Assembly (NCBI GenBank): GCA_965207375.1
Contig: CBDBMG010000003.1
Location: 416,001-480,000, forward strand
DNA length: 64,000 nt
Reading direction: 5' to 3'
From: Nitrosopumilaceae archaeon
GTDB lineage: Archaea > Thermoproteota > Nitrososphaeria > Nitrososphaerales > Nitrosopumilaceae
Part shown: in pieces, positions 9,626 through 24,047 of the stretch
How the letters are laid out: each line of letters opens with the position of its first letter
How positions within the stretch are numbered: the stretch's first letter is position 1
The notes under the pieces: model-generated
Told to the model about the DNA's origin: nothing
The model's input: only the letters and a program-made list of their open reading frames with translations
Databases searched by the model: none
Translations under genes and position numbers: made by a program

Positions 9626-10869
9626 AAATGTCTATTGGAGTCTTGAATAAACGACTAAGGTTGTCAAAAAGGCCTCCCATCGTGCTGAGGCCCGGTCATA
9701 TCACTGTGCATCAACTTTAAACGTATTTGCAAATAGCGCCTGAATGAAAATTAATTTCTTATTTCGACACGAAATAAGCAAGCTTATATCGAGACGTCTT
9801 ATTTAGACACGAAATAAGGTATCTTATTTAGACACAAAATAAGGCTCTTATTTAGACACGAAATAAAACTCTTATTTCGACACTAAATAAGCTTATTTCG
9901 ACACTAAATAAGCTTATTTCGACACTAAATAAGCTTATTTCGACACTAAATAAGCTTATTTCGACACGAAATAACTCAATTATTTTTGTTACAAACGGCG
10001 TTCCATACGGCCGTCTTTGTGGCATGCTATGAGTCAAAACTTGAGAAAAATTTTGGCGTGCCATACCCGACTACTCTATTGACAAATAACCATCCATAGT
10101 AAAACAAAACTTACTTGCTCCATAAGTTTAAATGGTTTGTTCGTCTTCTAACACGTGGTACATCCATTTCGTTGTATTTAAATGAAAAAGGCCATCACTC
10201 CCATAGACATTAAATTTTTTGTAAATGCCAAATTACAGGGAAAAACTATAGAGAATTCCGATCATATTTTGCTAATTGTATTGTAAATTTGTAAATGTGT
10301 TACATGTTTTCAATATGAGGAGCTCCATAATACATATGTACCCTAATAGCAAGAGTCCATAATATTATGGACTCTTGCTAATAGTAATAGTATGATTTAC
10401 CTGAGAAAATTTCTTTTATCATGTGCAATGGAGCAACAAGGACGAGTCAAGATTTTTGATGGATAAAATTTACCTTGATTGCTTGATTGCAATTTGGAAA
10501 GGTCCTTGATCACTTGACATTCACAAAAACCCTTACAAGTGCTTGTTTTACATAAAATTACCCTTCTAACATGCTTGGTCGTCACTTTGAAGCGTTCTTT
10601 GATTGCTTGAATTAATAACACCTTGATCCCTAGATTTAATTTTGATCCCGGTCGCGGATGGATCCACAGGCCTCACAGGAGTAATTACCCTTTGTATTAT
10701 AATCACGGCTATACTCAAGAGCGATATGATACATACCATAGATATAGCTACGGATTTCAGCTATACGGCTTTCACAGGACTGAGAGTCCGGCTGTTTGAG
10801 AACTGTGTAGACTTAAGCTTATGTGTAGGCCTTTTTCTGTCCATAGTAATCTACTGGCAAAGTCTCTAA

Positions 10870-11431
10870 ATTACAGTGCTTCATTGCCCGAGGACTGATG
10901 TATTTGTGAATGACAACTAGTGATAAGCGGAAGTCACCTGAAGCATTAGCAGTGGCAAGAAGAGTAACTCACTCTTTAGATACTTTGGAACCCCTTGTGG
11001 CCCATTTCTGTAAAAACCATAAATGAAGAGCCTTATCTAACTCGTCATACTTGGATCTTCTAATAATGCTTCTTTTTGGTCCTGAAGCATGTTGTATTTC
11101 CAGCACATATTCTGTCAATTGATCTTCACTCTGAACAATATCATGAACAGTTGATTTTCTGAGACCATATTCTTTTGATAAAGAAGTATATGACTGTCCC
11201 ATTTTCTGCCTACGACATATTTCCAGCTTCTTTTCGATAGACATAACTTTCCTTTTACGCTTCTTATACTGGGTACATCAGCATCAGAACTAAGTGATGA
11301 ACTAGAAACGTGACTAGACGCCATGTTTGAAATTATTACATGTGAATGCCGAAATAATTTTTTGACTGTCCAGGAGGTTCGGTAGATGGAGCGTTCGGTT
11401 AATTGGTGTCCAGATAAAAGAGGTTCCACTG
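10870..11431 (-). mobile_element. Tigger/pogo transposon relic (HTH-psq plus start of CENP-B HTH)
   Basis: SIEKKLEIC...SLSKEYGLRKSTVHDI...KYDELDKALHLWFLQ. Tigger-type terminus CAGTGGAACCTCT at 11431 next to TA. Left limit approximate. Confidence 0.8.
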
Positions 11432-12711
11432 TACGTACCTATATGTTTTCTTACAAGTCTGTCATTGTAATTATTATATCATGTGTCATAACTATGTATG
11501 TACATAATAGACTCATGGTAGTGAGTTGCATGCCCAAAGTAAAGTACGTAAAATGCACAACCACCGTGTGAATTATTTACACAAACCATGAATTCTAATA
11601 GAACACTCACTTGAAACATCTCATAAAAAGCAACTTTTAAAACTAGCTTGTGTAAGAAATAGGTCATACATAGGTAATTAGTTGATTGGATTAATTTGCA
11701 AATAGGCTATCACATGAGAATTAATAAGGTCGATGTCGTCATGTTCATACATGCATAGTGCTGTGAGCAGTGGAATAACCAGAGTATAGGTACGTAGGCA
11801 CTGAAACATCAGTAACCAACTACAGTAATAGAACATTATAATCCTGTGCATGGTTCTGTGGTGCTGATTAGAGGCATTCGTTAAGGAGCGTGCCAACCTT
11901 GCCAGTAATTACAGTGAGTCAGTGGCTGCTTTACACAATCCACACAAAAACATTACACCTCACCAGTTATGTGCTCTTGGTTGTGGAGCTAAACCACACC
12001 CAGGTAGTCAAATGCCATGCCTTGCCACAACTGCAAGAATATTGGCTAAAGTCTGCCAGAGCAGGTCAACCTCAACTTTAGAACCCAACAAGGCTATGGC
12101 TTCAGTCTCCGTAAATACAGCACCATTATATAGCAAGGATGAAGTTGTCCAATATTCACCATGTCACCTCAATGGATCCAGCTCCTACAACATCACTTCC
12201 CCCAATTACTCCGCGTCTATTCAACTCCTACTAGATTCACATGCAGATATTAATATTTCAGCAGCTGGCAGAGCCATCCTCACCCTCTAACATCATACTT
12301 AAGGCTGTAAATGGTATAAATTTAAATGCATCCACTCAGTAAATTGCCTGTCACATTCAAGCCCAAAAAACAGAGAATACACTGATAACTTACGTACATA
12401 TCTACCCCAGTGTACATGGTATCTTGAGGCTTGCAAAGGGCTCAGCATTTTACCACACTGTTATCCACACCCCTCTATCACAGATGTTGCACCCTTATCC
12501 AGTAATTTAAGCACCCATAGCTACATATATACTTAGTACGTACCACTACAACAAGCTTTCCAATCAACAGGGACGCTTATATGAAAGAATTCCCCTCAGT
12601 TTTTATGGAAATACGTATACGTAAGGAGTATGGATGGTGAAGAATTTCATATCCACCTAATGGACAATGCCAAACCATTTTGTATTAACATACCAAGATC
12701 CATCCCATTTT

Positions 12712-13222
12712 TATACTCTATATCACGTGTTTTAGCTGGGACATAAATCTCTTATACTCCACCTTGTTCCATGCCTTTAGGCACTAAGAAACACTTTTAT
12801 TCCTGCTTCAAAATACAAGCACCTTCCATGCATTTAATGCCTTTTATAGTTATATATAAAAGAACGACTAATACAGTATCTTTAAAGACAGTTTTACACA
12901 ATGCACTTCGTTAGCTAGGCCAAACTGAAGTCGTCATGACCAGATGAGATGCGCAGGGGCTTAAGTAATATGTGGCCTAGATTTTGTGCAACCTCTAATT
13001 TGTTAACAAAAAATTGTCAACCTTTTCTCAAGGCTATTGGTTGAAATGACATATAGTAAGACTATCTATCATGTATAGAGTATAAAATAGTTATACGCAT
13101 GCATCGTGGAGTCTACGAATTTTATAAACCCTCAGGCCCTTAGTAGTGCTCGTGTGCTACGGCCTCGGGCCTTTGTGTTTACGTATAAAATTCGTAGACT
13201 CTGCAGTAAATGCGTATAACTA
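12712..13222 (+). mobile_element. Inverted-repeat-bounded body plus terminal hairpin element inserted into Gypsy pol
   Basis: TATACTCTATA / TATAGAGTATA ends, then hairpin TAGTTATACGCAT...ATGCGTATAACTA (13088-13222). Splits RSIPF from YRDKL. Confidence 0.65.
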
Positions 13223-14509
13223 TATGTATACCGTGATAAACTGGTTGCTGACCTTGAACTGTTACAAACACAACACATAATAGCTCCTGTCACTTAAGTT
13301 AATGATGGATGATGCCATAATATTGTTCTTTTATTGTAGTAAATATTCCACTGCAATATCGCCGCAATAATCACATTGCATCTTGTTGCAATTATTGCAG
13401 AGAACATTTTCAGTATCGCCCAACCCTACACTCACCCTAGCTGAAGCTGTTGCTGATATTGCTGCATCCAGGTAACACAAAGTTCTTTACAGTACTTGAT
13501 ACAATGAAAAGGCTTAGCTATCTTCAATACTCACTGGAATGCTCTATTAGCCATTCATTTCACAGTAGTAGGCATTTTATCAGTTATACAATACTACAAA
13601 GATGAAGTGTTTTAGTTATAAAAGTGGGCATGCCATATGGATAGCAAAGCTTTTAAAAGACTGGCCTATAGTGTTGTAGTAAAATTTCAGCTTAAAACAG
13701 CTTCTTAAAAGTTTTACAACTAAATTAAAGTATAACGTACGGCAGTATAAAGACAGAAGAAATTATATATGCATGCATAGCTATGTGTTTCTTAGTGATG
13801 AGTCTTTGCTCACATGACTTACATATTTCTGGCATCATTGTATATACGTATTATTCTTAATAATAGCAGTAGATTAATAATAGTTTAACTTGTATAGCGT
13901 TCGGTTTTTAGATGGTAAAACATTAACTTGTTAATACTCAGTAAGGAGTGAAGAGGTGTGAGCAATGTAGAAATTGTTGGTGCTGATGGAAAGAAGCCAA
14001 AGAAAGAGCATAGCTCCATTTGGTTAGCTAGGGTGGGGAAATTGGAGATGGTATTTGTCATCAATATAACTCAATAGCCTTCCGTAGACAGTGAAAATCC
14101 AACAAAGGTGACCTGGTCTGACAAAATTAATTTCAAGTATACTTGTCCTACATAGTTGCTTCTCAGGACATATCTGAAAAAATTTCCTGACATGAGTGTC
14201 GTGTTGTGTGATGTCACTGTCATATACGACTATGTCATCAACAATACGGCGAAATCGTGTAAGGCCAGCAAAGGCTTCAGCCATATGGTAATCATAATGT
14301 TCTGATATTGATGAAATGCTATAGGATGCTCAAAGGTATTAAAGGTATTTAAACCTACCAAAATGTGTAATAAATATAGGTTAAACCTCAGGGGTCTACG
14401 GAATTTATAACCCGAAGGCCCTGGGCTGTGGTGCTCGAGCAAAGCGAGGGTGCTACTAAGGGCCTGAGGGTTATAAATTACGTAGACCCGTAGGTTTTGA
14501 GGTTTAACT

Positions 14510-16208
14510 AATGCTAAACAAAAACAGCCTGGCTGTAAAAAAAGTGCGAGGCCACAAATATAAGCAACCAAAAACTCTGATATCAAGTAAGGCCAAGAAA
14601 TTGAACATTTTATTAAGAATCTTTTTACTTGAATGACATACAATAGTTTACAGGGCATTTTCACAACTATGATTGGCTTTGTCACTTGGCCACCTTATAA
14701 AAGATGATAGTGCAAAAAGGTGGCCAAGTGACAAAGCCAATCATAGTTGTGAAAATGCCCTGTAAACTATTGTATGTCATTCAAGTAAAAAGATTCTTAA
14801 TAAAATGTTCAATTTCTTGGCCTTACTTGATATCAGAGTTTTTGGTCGCTTATATTTGTGGCTTCTGATTGGCCTCGCACTTTTTTTACAGCCAGGCTGT
14901 TTTTGTTTAGCATATCACTGCTTTTTGTAAATATTCAAAAACAGATTATATACTATAAACAAGTCCTGACAAGAAACCTTATATAAAGTATGTAGAGTAA
15001 TAAAATTTTAAAGGGGAGAGGAGGAAGTTAATATTTTGGGTATTTCCCTTGTATTCCCCCAAATAACTAATGAACACTATAAAGTATGTGTTATTATAAT
15101 ATAATTGTTAGCTATGTAGGTGGAGAACAGTTGAGAACTTCAATGAAGGTTACATCATTGCCATCCTCTACTGTTGATTGATCTACAGGAGAAGACAATT
15201 AATATTATAGTGCAAAATATTGTGTATGCTAATAGTGACAGTGGTCTCCTATTTATAATGTGTGGCCACTGTTCACCTCTTGTTGTTTGGTATAATTATC
15301 ATGGCACATTAACATGAATGAAATCGTTAAAGGCTAATTTTGACAAACTGAAGTGTCATAATTTCTTTAAACTTATCCTGAAGATTCATATATCAATATA
15401 GCTTGTGTATCTGAAATTTCATTCAAACGATTTAGAGGGGGTCCGAGTTATGGAAACTATCATCATACAGTGTAAAAGTATCTCTCAAATACATTGAGGT
15501 ATTTGCTTTATGCTGAAAGTTTTTTGTCTGGTAGAGCATACATAGGAGAAGTGTTGATACAAATTTGGTTGAAATCCATGCAGAAATGAGTGAGTTATTA
15601 GACAAACAAGTGTATGTACTAAATGAGTGTTTTAAATATACATTCCGGGATTCACGCCGGGGGTCACGCAAGCCCACGAAAAGTGTGCGATGAAAATAAA
15701 AGAAAGTAGAAAGAAAGAAAAACGACGGCCACGTAAATTTTTTTTAACTGAAAGGAGGACTTTATAAGGCTGTAACAGAAGACTGGCTGGTCCGATTTCG
15801 ATGAACTTTGGGTACTGATTCTACATTAAATGAAGGTACTAATTCTCTAATTAACAAGCGAAAAGGAGCGGGGCAGATGGTTCGTCGTGCGTTGTCGCAA
15901 AACGAGTGCCATAAAACTCGCAATGGCTGATACTCAGGAATGGAGGCAGCTATTTACTTCATTGTTGGTATATTGATTCTATATAGTAAGAACGTACTAG
16001 GTCTGTAATAACTAAGCGGTAGCTTTTATGGCGGCTTAGTTACAGCGTCTGCGAATTTTTGAGCGGTGCTACCTGTAAATAACTCACTCGTTCGTCGCGT
16101 ACGGCTGCTTCTTCTTGGCCTAGCGACTCACTATCGTGAGTCTGATCGCTCGTTCGTCGCGTACGGCTGCTTCTTGTTGGCCTCGCGACTCACTATCGTG
16201 AGTCTGAT
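14510..16208. mobile_element. Repeat family with ~190-bp-arm palindrome (14510-14913) at one end and a duplicated 62-bp hairpin terminus at the other
   Basis: Near-perfect palindrome centred ~14705; GACTCACTATCGTGAGTC hairpin twice (~16125, ~16187). Related copy in reverse orientation at ~62705-64000 and a partial copy at ~30930-30990. Confidence 0.65.
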
Positions 16209-16209
16209 T

Positions 16210-16514
16210 TAGACCCTTTGAGTTATTGTACCTTTGCAGCTGCTTATAACAACTAAACAACGGGAAAATGTAGCAGTAATTAGTAATAGTATCGCCTGGT
16301 AATTATTTCCTTTTTTAACACTCACCCGTAGCCAAAGTTATAGGCACGCTATTGTCACATTATTGCTTATTATTTAAACCAATCAAAACACCTGTAAATT
16401 TATAAACATAAAAAGGATCTAAGTAAACATGAAAGGGTCTAAGTAAACATGAAAAGGGTCTAAGTGATTTAGAACACTCCAAAATGTACAGATAATTTAT
16501 CACAAAAGGGTCTA
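16210..16514. mobile_element. MITE with TAGACCCTTT(T)G TIRs
   Basis: TAGACCCTTTGAG at 16210 and CAAAAGGGTCTA ending at 16514. Confidence 0.6.
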
Positions 16515-16544
16515 AATGTGGTTAGGAGCTGACTTTCTTGGTCA

Positions 16545-16895
<351 letters not shown>

Positions 16896-17936
16896 AATGA
16901 ATTTATATGATCACCCAATTACAATGATGCCTTCAAGAAAGCCAAAGAATCTTTCACCGTGACAGCAATATTATCATTCTTTGATACCAACAAATCCACA
17001 CAGTCACACACTGACGCAAGTCACCAACCATGGCCTTGGCTTTATCCTTCAGCAACAATCCACTGATCGAAGCTGGAAGTAGCTAGGGATGGGTGATACT
17101 GAAAATTAAAGCTACAATAATTGTCCACTAAAATATCACTGTTATTACAAATATTACAATATTGATTGAGTTGACAATAATAATACTACAAACATAATAG
17201 AAGAAATATTTATACAAATTATATTGTTTTTGAGCAATAAACCTTATGGTTTTACGGTATTGATGATAATGGAACATTCGTAAACACCTCACTGGACGAT
17301 GATCTTATTGTTAATGGTTGCAGGCTCTTCATCCCAACTAAGATGTGCCAGGCCAACAGGTGTTATCACAACTCCATGAATCACACCAGGGATCCGTCAG
17401 AACTAAACAAAGGGCTTGCCTTTCTATATATTGGCCAGCCATTGATAATGATATTGATAACTATATTCTTACATGTATGTTATTGTGAAGGTAATCTTGT
17501 TACACGTGTAAAAATTAAGCAACACCAAGGGGCCCATTATTCAAAAATCCATGCCATAACAGCCATCTCATTGATCTTTGCTCATGCATATGCTAATCAT
17601 ATAGCTAACGTTCGATGGTGGGATAGCCGACTTACTTGTCTTAAATCTCAACTTTGCTTGGCAGAACTTTTCACAGCCACAAGTTGGCAGTAATTTAAGC
17701 CAGAAAGCTTTTAGTTATGTACGTATATCATAATAGTAATGCCCTGGCTACACAGTAATTAAAAATGGGGCTAACATAACTAAAATGGGTGAAAATATCC
17801 CTTATATATATAGCTATGTATCTGAGTTTCTAGAAACTTGGGTTAATTTAACACATTTTTTTACTGTGTATAGTACTATAGGAATATTATTTATTAATAC
17901 TCTTATCATCATAAGGTGTTGTTTTATTACTTATAG

Positions 17937-18638
17937 CTATAATAGCTAATGCTTCTGATGACACAGAAGTGAAGATCTTCGAAATAAATTTCAGTGCATA
18001 TGATGATGTCTCAGATGCATTTGCTGAGTTATTTACTATATGTCAAAAAGCTGTAAAGGTTTCAAGCGAAGAATTTAGAGCTATCAGAAACTCATGTGTA
18101 GCTCGAGCTAGTGAGCCATTGCGTGGTTTGATAAAGCGTGCTATTGACACTCATTGTCTTTTTGAAATACTTGCTGATAATAACAAATACTGCAATTGGA
18201 TGAATGTCAGTTTTTTAAAAGTTATAGCAATTGCGTGTGGTAACAAACACCTTCAGTCCTTAATAGAGAATTACACAGATGTGATTTATTCCAAACCATT
18301 ACGTGAAGTTTGGGATTGTATTCCACATTATTCTGTGAGGAATAAATATTACAGTAAAATAAAGGCCACATTTGGTGACAAGGATCCAGACAACATGACA
18401 GTTAAAGAGCTAAAGAAGAGTAAACCACAGTTGGCTAAGAAAATAGCAATGCTTATTGCAGTAGTAGAAGAAGGAAGTTTATTGGTCACATGGCTCATTC
18501 CAACCGATGAATTATATCAAGCTTACTTGTCTTTTCTCACTATTCCTCAACAATCAAGAATGGATGACTTAGTTCAATTTGGTAATTGGATGGCTTATCT
18601 TCCAATGAACATCTTGCAAAAATATAAAGAGGAAATCA
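17937..18638 (+). CDS. Internal exon of a death-fold/filamin multidomain gene: DED-like helical domain plus beta-rich (TRADD-N-like) domain
   Basis: TTATAG acceptor, phase 1. Motifs YCNWMNVSFLKVIA and VVEEGSLLVTWLIP. Donor A|GTTAAG, phase 1. Domain names inferred from motif resemblance. Confidence 0.75.
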
Positions 18639-19485
18639 GTTAAGCTTGTGTCTTTTATGTTAGCTATGTATAACTACATACTACATTTTGTATAATTTAT
18701 GTATTTGTGTATATAGTGTAACTATGTACGTACGTATATACATATACGTATATCCATACATACGTATATCCATACGTAGCTTACTGCTGTATACCACAAC
18801 ATTAGTGCAGCTACGTACATATGTAGTGCATAATAAAAGTATTGTACTGTAGTATGTATGTATATTACACTTCCAAGAGGAAACATTAGACTCTTTGATA
18901 ATCAGAACACTTATGTACTTCTTGTATTTTTGCAAAACCTCAAAACAAAATGGATTACGTAAGTTACCAGCATCCATCAGTTTGCTTTTATTTTGGAATG
19001 CCTACGTATGTGTGCTCATGTGGAGTGTTTCTGGTATATAGCTCGTACAATTAGTTACTCAGCTGGAAGTATTCAAACAGTTACGTGTAGGTAGCTAGCT
19101 AGTGAGATTGCCTGTTGATTTACATAGCTACATTACCTTATGTACATATACGTAGTTGAGACCATTTGATTGTGTTCAGTTCTGTGCATAATACTAGAAA
19201 TGATAAAGGTATAAGTACGTATTGAAGGACCTTGAGTAATAACAAAATTAGCAGAGAAATGCATGCAAACAACTTCTTTCCTTATCAAGGTATGTACATG
19301 TACGTATGTATGTATGTAGCTAATACTATGTAATTAAAATTATTATACGTATTTGTAGTTACAGCATATACTTCTAAGAGGTCGGATTTTATCTAGTCAC
19401 ATATTCATTGTGGTACAATTAAATAGCTACGTATTTACATGTATTGATAACAGCATGTACATACATAGTCTTAAATTTACGATAG

Positions 19486-19752
19486 GAGCTGTGTCAATTC
19501 CTACTCTACTAATTGGCTATTATCATGGATTGTTATTGAGAGATATTGATGCTGATCAGTTAACCGATAAGATGTGTTCCACTGGATTATTGACTGATCA
19601 TCAACAAACTATCATCTCTTCTTGTTACACTGTTCATCACAGGAACTGGTTGTTGCTGGAGCATGTTCGACATATGGACCTGGAATCTCTGTCGAAGTTC
19701 TGTAAGCTATTACAAGAGGAATGGCCAGAAATTGGATCACAGTTGATTATGG
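19486..19752 (+). CDS. Exon encoding a CARD-like death-fold domain
   Basis: GATAG acceptor, G|GTATGT donor, phase 1-1. YYHGLLLRDIDADQLTDKMCSTGLLT...RNWLLLEHV...FCKLLQE matches the CARD helix pattern. Confidence 0.75.
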
Positions 19753-20782
19753 GTATGTTAGTGTGACACTATAGTAATACTAAGACTGTGTGACTCAGTG
19801 TGACCATGATTGTATACTGTGTAAATGATAATAGCTACACTGTACAAAGAAGCACAAAAGCTGCACTAAAATAACATGCAATAAGATATTGAGACATTCA
19901 CTATCACCTTTGGTTGAGTAATAGTTCTTTAAACCAGTTGCATGCCAACTGAAGGTCTGCTTTTGTCTGGAAAGTTGGTATACGTGTGTATGTTTGTTTG
20001 TCTGTCTGTCTGTGTGTCCACCCCAGGCTATTAAAAACATTCATGTGAAAGGAACCCTGAATAACCAATCAAACAAGTTCTACTGCTTTTCAATTATTAA
20101 ACTGCCAAAGAAGAGCAAGGTAATGCTGTGTCAGCCATTCAATTCACAGTTTAAAGTGTTTAACCAGCTGTCTTCTGTTTTAAAAGTGAGCATGTCATGC
20201 AGGTAGAGAAAGACTGCATGGCCTATAATATTACAGTAAGAATTTCAGCTTTATATATTGGTACAGTTTTATCACTAAAATACTGGAGTATGAAGCCATT
20301 GAATTAAATTTGTATGGGTTGCTACATATGCGTTCCTCAGTGATGAGTCCTTCCTCACGTGACTTACTCATGACATCATTAAATACTACTACAATACACT
20401 GAATAGTAGTAGATTTACTGTGGTTTAACATGGCAAAACATCGACTTGTTCATGCTGAATTAAAGCATTAGCAATAATGGATCACTAGTAACATCCTACT
20501 TCAGTAGCCACCTGTTACAGTTTATTAACTTTAATGGAGTAATATGTACGTACATTATTATAACTCTATACAAATAAAGTTACTGACTTGTTATTTACTT
20601 TATTCCTTACTAGCTACATATACTTATGTATTTATATATATAATAACTTTTCAAGAAGTAAATTATGTACGTATGTACGTAAATTGACTTGAGCTTATAA
20701 TATAGCTATGTATGTATGTACGTACGTACGTATGTATGTAGAGATAGCAATATTGTTACATTTGCATATTTGTTTGATACAG

Positions 20783-21561
20783 CACTAGATTCCAAAAGCA
20801 TATCATCTTCTCTGAGCAAGTCATCTGTGCTATCATGCTGTCAATGTGATAGCAGGAGTACAACTAATATATCCATTGTGCTTTTATTGTATTTTCATCT
20901 TATTGATCAACTGGAAGAATTATTAAAGTCTTTCGATTATGAAATGATGATGGGGCAATGCAGAAGCCTGATGGCTAGTGATCAGAGTGATATCAAGCTT
21001 TTCACTAGTGACCAGTTAAAGACATTCAGTCAATACAACAGTGTCATATTACTAAGAACACTTTGTTTATTTACTTGGAGCAATTTTTCTATACTCAGAA
21101 GTTTGATCTCTTATTGTAGTGAAGCTGTAAAACTGCTTCATAGGTTTGAATCTAATTTGGATCCTCTTCAGCCAATTGCATGTTATCCCATACCTTGCCT
21201 ATCCTCTGATATGATCCCTAGTGATACCAGTACATACACTATACTGGCTGTTAGGTGTAAGGTAGAACTATATGAATCCTCACTGCAGTATATTTATGAT
21301 GTACAGTCAGTGATGATAGAGAAATGTGACATCACACAACATTGCCTGCAGCTACTAGCAGTGAGAAGTGACCCCACCATACTCTACTGGACTATCCCCA
21401 AGTGTGTGGTGGATCTTATCAACACTAATGTTCCAATACACAGTGAGTACTTGTACTCAAGAGGAATACTGGAAGTTTCGGTGTATCCTGACCTACTGCT
21501 TACCACTGGTGATGATGTTTGCTATGGAGCACTAGCTTTCAAGTGTGTTTATACAGAAAGA
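20783..21561 (+). CDS. Exon encoding a second DED-like plus beta-rich module
   Basis: ATACAG acceptor (phase 1), AGA|GTATGT donor (phase 0). FTWSNFSILRSLI and LQLLAVRSDPTILYWTIP parallel the first module. Confidence 0.8.
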
Positions 21562-21639
21562 GTATGTTTGTATGTACGTATATGTAAAACCTAGCACAGT
21601 GCACTTGTTTTCTTGGAATTGTTGTTGTCTAGGAAGTTG

Positions 21640-21671
<32 letters not shown>

Positions 21672-22546
21672 CAGCCCCCAGACTATTAAAAACCATTCAC
21701 ACAAATAAAGCCTAAATTAAATAACTAGTCAAACAAGTTTTTATTTTCTGTACTATATGACATTTACGTACAAGGCTGCATTATGAATTCCTGCCAAAGA
21801 AGAACAAGACAATGCTCTATTTGCCATTCATCTCACATTGTAAGGCATTTAACCAGTTGTAGCTACGTTACTATAAACGATAAAGTGCTTCAGTTGTGTC
21901 AAGCCATAGCAAAGTATTCAAAAGGAGACTGGCTTACTGTAGTGTCACAGTAATAATTTCCCCTTAGAACAACTTTCTACTACATTTAAATAGTTTTATT
22001 ACTAAGGCACTGGATTGGAGTATAAAGCTGTTTTAAACATGAAGTAACAAAAGATATAAATTTAGGGGGTAAAGATTACAATTAAAAGTAAGGAAACAAG
22101 TAAGTAACCAGTTACGTATGCTTACCAGCAGCATTTGCTACTGCATGTGTTTGCTCAAAATGATTGCACCTGGGTAGCCAGCTACCTACATACGTACGTA
22201 GCTACACGACTAACCAAACACATTCTCTAGCAAATCTACAAGATTTAAATCTTACTACACTGTGTTACTTTTAATATCCCCACCAAAGAAACTAAAGCTC
22301 TTGTAGAACGTGTTTCATAAGTTATGTACGTATGTATTAGTAGCTAGCTACACAGCTGCAATCATTATCGAGCAAGCATAGCTACGTATGCAGTAGCAAA
22401 TTGCTGACTGGTACGTAAGTGATAGCTACATACGTATGTCGCTATTTTCTAGCTACTTATTACGTTACTTTTTATTGTGATCTGTATGCCCTTTAAATTT
22501 ATTTCTATAATTCTTATTTGTTTACTAATATTTATACATATTTTAG

Positions 22547-22666
22547 GATTTGCTGAAACAAACCTTAACAGAAGCTTTTGAAGAATTGTTAGATGAACGA
22601 TCTATGCTAAGATCAGAATTGGCTACAAAAGACACTCTTGTTGAAAAGCAGAGGAAAGAAATTGAA
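22547..22666 (+). CDS. Coiled-coil exon (DLLKQTLTEAFEELLDERSMLRSELATKDTLVEKQRKEIE)
   Basis: TTTTAG / GTAAGT, phase 0-0, 120 nt open. Confidence 0.8.
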
Positions 22667-23507
22667 GTAAGTGTTTAGAACTATGTACTACGTATGTATA
22701 GCACTATGTTTATCTCTAGTTGTTTATACGCATGTATGCATGCAAATATACATGCATAACTACCCAGCCTTTATCTACGTAGCTACAGTGTATATATAAC
22801 CAATATACATTATGTTAATGATACATATACTGGTACGTAGGTTTATAGTACTAAGGTTATATTAGCAATAATGAAGATACGTACGTATGTATGTATGTAT
22901 GTAGGCCATTTTCTGTTGTCATACTGTTTGACAGACAACCATACAGATATATTTAAAACGTTTGCTACAGTTATCATTACTATCATCACTATGTCAATAT
23001 ATTGTTGAGTATAGACAGCTACCATATATTTGGTTTTCTTGGATTTTCTGTTGTATCAGGCACTTATTAGCTCTATAAAAATTTGAGTAGAAAATTATTC
23101 TATAAAAGTATTCTATAAAATCTAAAATTTTTGAGATTATAAGCTAATCTGTGAAAACAGCTAAAAACTTTTACCTTGAAAAGTTTCCAATATACGTAGC
23201 TACTGTACAGTATTCTGATATGAGATGTGAAGGCTTGTAATTAAATTTACATTCCATGTCCTTACTGACTGTAATAATCAGCTTATGGTTATCATGTTGC
23301 TACTAATACTATCAATATCAAATAATGCATGTAAACTGTTCTTGTCACTGTCTTCTGTCTATATAACTAACCAGACTATGCAGATGGACCTACATATATA
23401 TATCCATATAGCTATTATTATGTAACAAAATGTATAGCTACAATATAAATTTTATCAGTAACTACGTAACTACTGGTCATATGGCTTTGAACTAAAATTT
23501 TATTTAG

Positions 23508-23615
23508 GATGTGATGAACAAGTCAACTGAACCTTTGAAGGATGAAATGAATAAAGCATCTATTTCTGTAAGCAGTCAAGCAGAGTATTTTGAAAAGTTG
23601 AGAAAAGAAAATGAG
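23508..23615 (+). CDS. Coiled-coil exon (DVMNKSTEPLKDEMNKASISVSSQAEYFEKLRKENE)
   Basis: ATTTAG / GTAACT, phase 0-0, 108 nt open. Confidence 0.8.
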
Positions 23616-24047
23616 GTAACTACGTATTTGAATTTTATCTGAATACCATACGTAAATCAAAAAAATTCTATAAAACAGTTTTGTTGGTTGCCTAAATAGC
23701 AAAAATTACGTAAGTACACAAACATTTTGTCATAATTCAAATGGGAATTGCAAGTTTTGATTCAAACATTTACCTAGCCTCATGCTTAGTAGCTACTAGT
23801 GATGGAAGGTACAGTGTATTTCAATTAATAAGGAATAAGGAATGAATTCATACTGATTTTTGATACCACAATATACATAATAATGTATGCAGTTATGTAA
23901 AATCATAGCTACATACATACTACTATGTAGTGTAGTTATTACTTATAATATGAGTACACATACAAAGACTTCAAAAGACACAGCTAATAAGAAATTTGAA
24001 TTTAAAACAGGAGACATAAAAGTAAGGTAAACAAAATACGTACGTAT

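Larger units (their letters stand above)
7418..10013. mobile_element. Foldback-like element with ~360-bp TIRs containing 21-24-bp subrepeats; host to three nested insertions
   Basis: CGGCCGTATGGAACGCCGTTTGTAACAAAAATAATT / AATTATTTTTGTTACAAACGGCGTTCCATACGGCCG; TTATTTCGTGTCTAAATAAG arrays in both arms. Confidence 0.85.
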
